A stretch of DNA of 64,000 nt from Flaccisagitta enflata (lineage: Eukaryota): the NCBI GenBank assembly GCA_965153355.1, contig OZ231126.1, positions 31,744,001-31,808,000 of the forward strand, given 5' to 3'. Below, piece by piece: positions 59,401 to 64,000 of this stretch. Below the pieces are notes generated by a model. That model saw only the letters and a list, made by a program, of their open reading frames with translations, ran no database searches and had not been told where the DNA came from. The translations under genes were made by a program, and so were the position numbers. Every line of letters begins with the position of its first letter. Positions within the stretch are counted from its first letter, which is position 1.

Positions 59401-61830
59401 CTCATTTTCTGTCTGTCTCCATCTTTATCCTCATTTTCTGTCTGTCTCCATCTTTATCCCCATTTTCTTTCTGTCGCTGTCTTTTTCTTTGTTTTCTGTT
59501 TGTCACCATCTTCCTCCTTTTCTCTCAGTCTCTATGTATGAGGAGACATACAAAAAATGAGGATAAAGGTAGAGACAGCCAGAAAATGAGGACAGAGATG
59601 GAGACAATCAGAAAATGAAGGAAAAGGTGGAGATGGGCAGAAAACAAAGAAAAAGATGGAGACAAATGGAAAATAAAAGGAATGATGGACCAACGAGCAG
59701 AAACTTTGGCTCCATCTTATGAATGGTGATATGTCTGAGATCTGAGCCAAGGTAAAAATCTTACCTTCCCAAGACCCTCAACCCCAGGGTAAGACCCCAG
59801 GGTCAGAGCCTCAACCCAGTTCACTTTTAAGTCCATCCCCTGTGGAGAGTACCATCTAAAATAGAGACTGAGCCACTTCACAAATTTTGTCAGAACATGG
59901 GTGTGTCCTAATAAGGTGAAGACTGGTGACAAGGGGGGCTAGCGGGGTTAACTCATATGTTAAGCTTGTTTCAGCTGTTCCCCAGATCAACACCCCAATT
60001 TCACCAAAAGCCCCTTATATATATCCATATATATATATATAGGCCTACCACAGCTGGAAAATGAGGACAGAGATGGAGACAATCAGAAAATGAAGGAAAA
60101 GGTGGGAATTGGCAGAAAACATAAAAAAAGATGGGGACAGACGGAAAATAAGGAGAATGATGGACCAATGAGCAGAAACTTACTCCTTCATCTTTTAAAT
60201 GGTGATATGTCTGAGATCTGAGCCAAGGTGAAAATCTTACCTCCCCAAGACCCCCAACCCAAGGGTAAGACCCCAGGGTCAGAGCCTCAACCCAATTCAC
60301 TTTTAAGTCCATCCCCTAAGGAGAGTACCATACAAAACAGCGACTGAGCCACCTCACAAATTTTGTCAGAACATGGGTGTGTCCTAATAAGGTGAAGACT
60401 GGTGACAAGAGGGGCTAGCGGGGTAAACTCATATGTTAAGCCTGTTTTAGCTGTTCCCCAGATCAACACCCCAATTTCACCAAAAGCCCCTTATATATAT
60501 ATCCATATATATATATAGGCCTTTAACAGAGAAACTGAGAGATCCTCTACAGATAACAAGTAAAAATGGTTTACAATGTGTTTCAACCCCGCTAGCCCCT
60601 CTTTCAACCCTTCTGATCATTTTATGGATGTCTCTTCTGTACATTTGGCTAGCTGTGAATTTGTCAAGTTTAAGTTTTTTGTTTGTCTCCATCTCTATCC
60701 TCATAATCTATCCATCCCCATCTTCTTCTTTATTTTTTGTTTGTCTCCATCTCAATCCTCATTTTCTGTCTGTCTCCATCTTAATCCTCATTTTCTGTCT
60801 GTCTCCATCTTAATCCTCATTTTCTGTCTGTCTCCATCTTCATCCTCATTTTCTGTCTGTCTCCATCTTTATCCCCATTTTCTGTCTGTCTCTATCTTTT
60901 TCTTTGTTTTCTATCTGTCACCATTTTCTTCATTTTCTCTCAGTCTCTATATATGAGGAGACATACAAAAAATGAGGATAAAGGTAGAGACAGCCAGAAA
61001 ATGAGGACAGAGATGAAGACAAACAGAAAATGAAGGTAAAGGTGGAGACAGACGGAAAATTAAGAGAATGATGGACCAATGAGCAGAAACTTAATCCTCT
61101 ATCTTATAAATGGCAATATGTCTGAGATCTGAGCTAAGGTGAAAATTTTACCTTCCCAAGACCCTCAACCCCAGGGTCAGAGCCTCAACCCAGTTGACTT
61201 TCAAGCCCATCCCCTAAGGAGAGTACCAACCAAAACAGCGACTGAGCCACCTCACAAATTCTGTCAGATCATGGGTGTGTCATAATAAGGTGAAGACTGG
61301 TGACAAGAGGGGCTAGCGGGGTTAACTCATATGTTAAGCCTGTTTTAGCTGCTCCCCAGATCAACACCCCAAATTTACCAAAAGCCCCTATATATATATC
61401 CATATATATATATAGGCCTACCACAAAGAAACAGAGAGATCCTCTAAAGATAACAAGTAAAAATGGTTTGTAATGTGTTTCAACCCCGCTAGCCCCTCTT
61501 TCAACCCTTCTGATCATTTTATGGATGTCTCTTTTGTACATTTGGGAAGCTGGTGAATTTTTCAAGTCTTGATTTTCTGCCTAGCTCATCAAATGTTTTT
61601 TATTTGACTCTTTGCTGAGAATTGACTAAGTAAGACAGGATATGAGGACAAAGATAGAGACAGACAGAAAAGGAGGATAGAGATGGAGACAACTAGAAAA
61701 TCTGTAATCACCAGATGGACAGAGACAGACAGAAAAAAAAAGGATAATGATGGAGACAGCCTGAAAAGGAGTATGTAGATGGAGACAACCAGAAAATTAG
61801 GATAGAGAGGGAGACTGACTGTAGTCACCG
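53470..61830. repeat. ~911-bp macrosatellite (8-9 monomers, A/B alternation, internal ~30-bp subrepeats in both orientations)
   Basis: Marker gagccaaggt(a/g)aaaat at ~54080, 54991, 56101, 57010, 57922, 58833, 59743, 60220 and 61131. Confidence 0.93.
55834..56031. mobile_element. Short HINE/DINE-1-like element inserted in a satellite monomer
   Basis: aacaaggcc start, (gacc/gacg)n core, terminal hairpin agttgcgtgtccgcaact; absent from sister monomers; no TSD. Confidence 0.85.
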
Positions 61831-61967
61831 TGGAGACATCCAAAAAATATCCAAAGAGCCATGCAGAAAACCTGGACTTAGCAAATTCAACTCTTCCTAT
61901 TTCCGCAAATTTTCTGAAGGGCTCCGGCAAATTTTCTGAGGGGCTCCGGCATTGTCAATTTTCTTAT

Positions 61968-62605
61968 AGAAAATCTCTTAATTTCACAACAATAAGTCAT
62001 CAAAGGGACGCAATTTGTGTACAGAAGCTGCATTTGTACAAGTTCACTAGGACCGTGTAATACATTAAGAATCGTGTTCGCGCTACAATGAAAGTTTGAG
62101 AGAGGTTTTCTGCTAGAGCATGAAAAGTCTTTTCCGGCCACAACGTTTACGCCAAGATATTTGCACTCATCAACTTTTACTATCGGCGTTTCGTTAAGAA
62201 GCAATGGAGAATGTTCAACGCTTTTACCAAAAACCATAACATTTGTTTTAGCAGGATTGTATGAAATACACCATTGAAGTCCGTATGCATAACAAATATT
62301 CAAAAGTTTCTGAAGGGATGATCTTGTGGGGGCCAGTAATGCTAAGTCATCTGCATACATAATAGCTGCTATAAACATATCAACTATGTGACAACCAACA
62401 CCTGATTTTCTTAAAGCACCAATTAAATCATCTACATAAAGAAGAAACAATCGTGGACTTAAAACACCACCTTGACGCACACCAGAGGTAACGGCAAAGC
62501 TTCTGCTTAAGACATTATTCCATTTCACCACACTCGATAAATTTCGATACCAATAGATTATCACATTAAGCAAGCATAGAGGTACTCCTCTTTGTAAAAA
62601 ATGTC
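61968..62605 (-). pseudogene. Non-LTR retrotransposon (LINE) reverse transcriptase fragment, 5' piece
   Basis: VTSGVRQGGVLSPRLFLLYVDDL, IMYADDLALL and YLGV motifs. Confidence 0.92.
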
Positions 62606-64000
62606 ATGCAAAAAGGTCATTTTTAACAATTCAAGATTATTTTAGAATAAAAGAAATCCTTAAATCTCCTTAAAATTGAATAGTGAGATTTTAATATTTG
62701 GTAATAAAAATGTTTTCTGAGTAAGGGCTTAGGTATTACAAAGAAAAATTAAGATATTATATTTTCATCAATATTCTTTTATTTAGCTTAAGATATCTAA
62801 GATACTACTCAAAATATGCAAAGTAAACGCTGAATTATGTATAATTTCACTAATCTATCGGTAAGTTTCATGGACAAAAGATTCAAAGTTTTTTGATGAA
62901 GTTTAAGCTTAACAGAAACACAGAATAAATACAGAATAAAATATCACTAAGAATATTTATTTATTGTTTAATCATGAAAAGTATCATGAATGATTTGAAA
63001 CTCAGAAAATGCTAAAAACGAATGAAGTCATGATATTTATTTTTTTTTCATATATACAAAAGAAATAAGAATGATAGAAATATACTTAAAATTATACATC
63101 TTTAATCTTTTTAATATGGGTGCACCACACAGAAATCACTAGATATAAAGTTTTTCACTGTTTTTAGCCATATTTTGTTATTTTTTCAGGGTAAACTCAT
63201 TTTGACACCTCCCCATGCTACTATTACAGTTTATGTTTGACCTTCAATAGGCAATTTTAGGTTTCTATAAGCAAATGCATGATAAATTGTACATTTATAG
63301 ACAAGATAACAATTGACCAGCTCAACTTTTGTTTTCAATTATGGGTAAAATAGAGCAACCAGTGCCACCTCCACTTGTTTTTTAGTGATACAACACCATG
63401 AAAAGCAATCAAGGCAAAAATGAGAAAAATCGCCGCTGTTATTGTATTTTTAGTTCATTAGAACGGTCATGAAAGAGTTTTTTGTACATTTTTTCATCTA
63501 GAAAACAGTCTCACTGTACCCCAGCCAATTGCTCAAAATGACCTCTTGTTTGGGCTGAATCCAGAGGTCAGGGTGTACTGACTTTAGTTATCAGGGTTCT
63601 ATGCTAGAGAATTCAACAAAAGATCACCGTTTTCTAGTTCTTTTGATCGCGTTTAAGGACCCATCAAAAAACGCCTACGGTGCACTATTTAAACAGAAGG
63701 GGGGCTAAATCCTATACTATGAAATCTGGTAAAAACAGTCAAATCATGATGAATCTAAGCAAGATGAACTAATTTTTTGCTAAATTTTTTAAAATGTACT
63801 CTAATATTATTATTTTGAAAGTTTTATGAGCTTTTAATTTCAAACTAATGGTAACAAAAAAAAAACAAAAAATTCCAATTTTTATTTCTTTTCTTTGATT
63901 TTTCTATTATAAATGGTTGTAAGTCTTGTTTTGAGTATTTTTTTCAATGAAAAAAAATATTTTGTGCTTCTCTGAGGCAAACCCAAGGTCTCTGGACATG

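Noticed and set aside
53401-61930. Many hydrophobic Ser/Leu/Phe-rich ORFs
   Set aside because: They recur with the satellite period and derive from pyrimidine-rich subrepeats

Overview
Repeat-rich eukaryotic (invertebrate animal-like) genomic DNA with GT-AG introns. Four spliced genes lie on the minus strand. In transcription order: (1) an ~817-aa largely disordered protein with a consensus BH3-like motif, a candidate BH3-only apoptosis regulator (52160->48018); (2) an ~888-aa orphan protein with a degenerate RRM-like segment and a coiled coil (46990->30451; first exon link inferred); (3) vasa/DDX4, 11 coding exons, 871 aa, 11 CCHC zinc knuckles (29877->10047), starting only 574 bp after gene 2 in an operon-like arrangement; (4) the 5' part of a probable ABCB-type transporter (2310->1185, apparently continuing off the left edge). 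Introns and intergenic DNA are packed with non-autonomous transposons. The most striking is a 5.2/5.6-kb Transib-like element present twice, each copy with its own 5-bp TSD. It starts with the exact RSS heptamer CACAGTG, its left terminus is tandemly amplified (6 vs 9-10 heptamer units), and it carries a nested second CAC...GTG element. Also present: many Helentron/DINE-1-like (HINE) elements, Tc1/mariner, hAT and Sola2-like MITEs, 18-, 22-, ~151- and ~911-bp tandem arrays, and a LINE RT ORF split in frame by a 9.3-kb satellite-bearing insertion. All exon models and family calls were made by eye with no database search.
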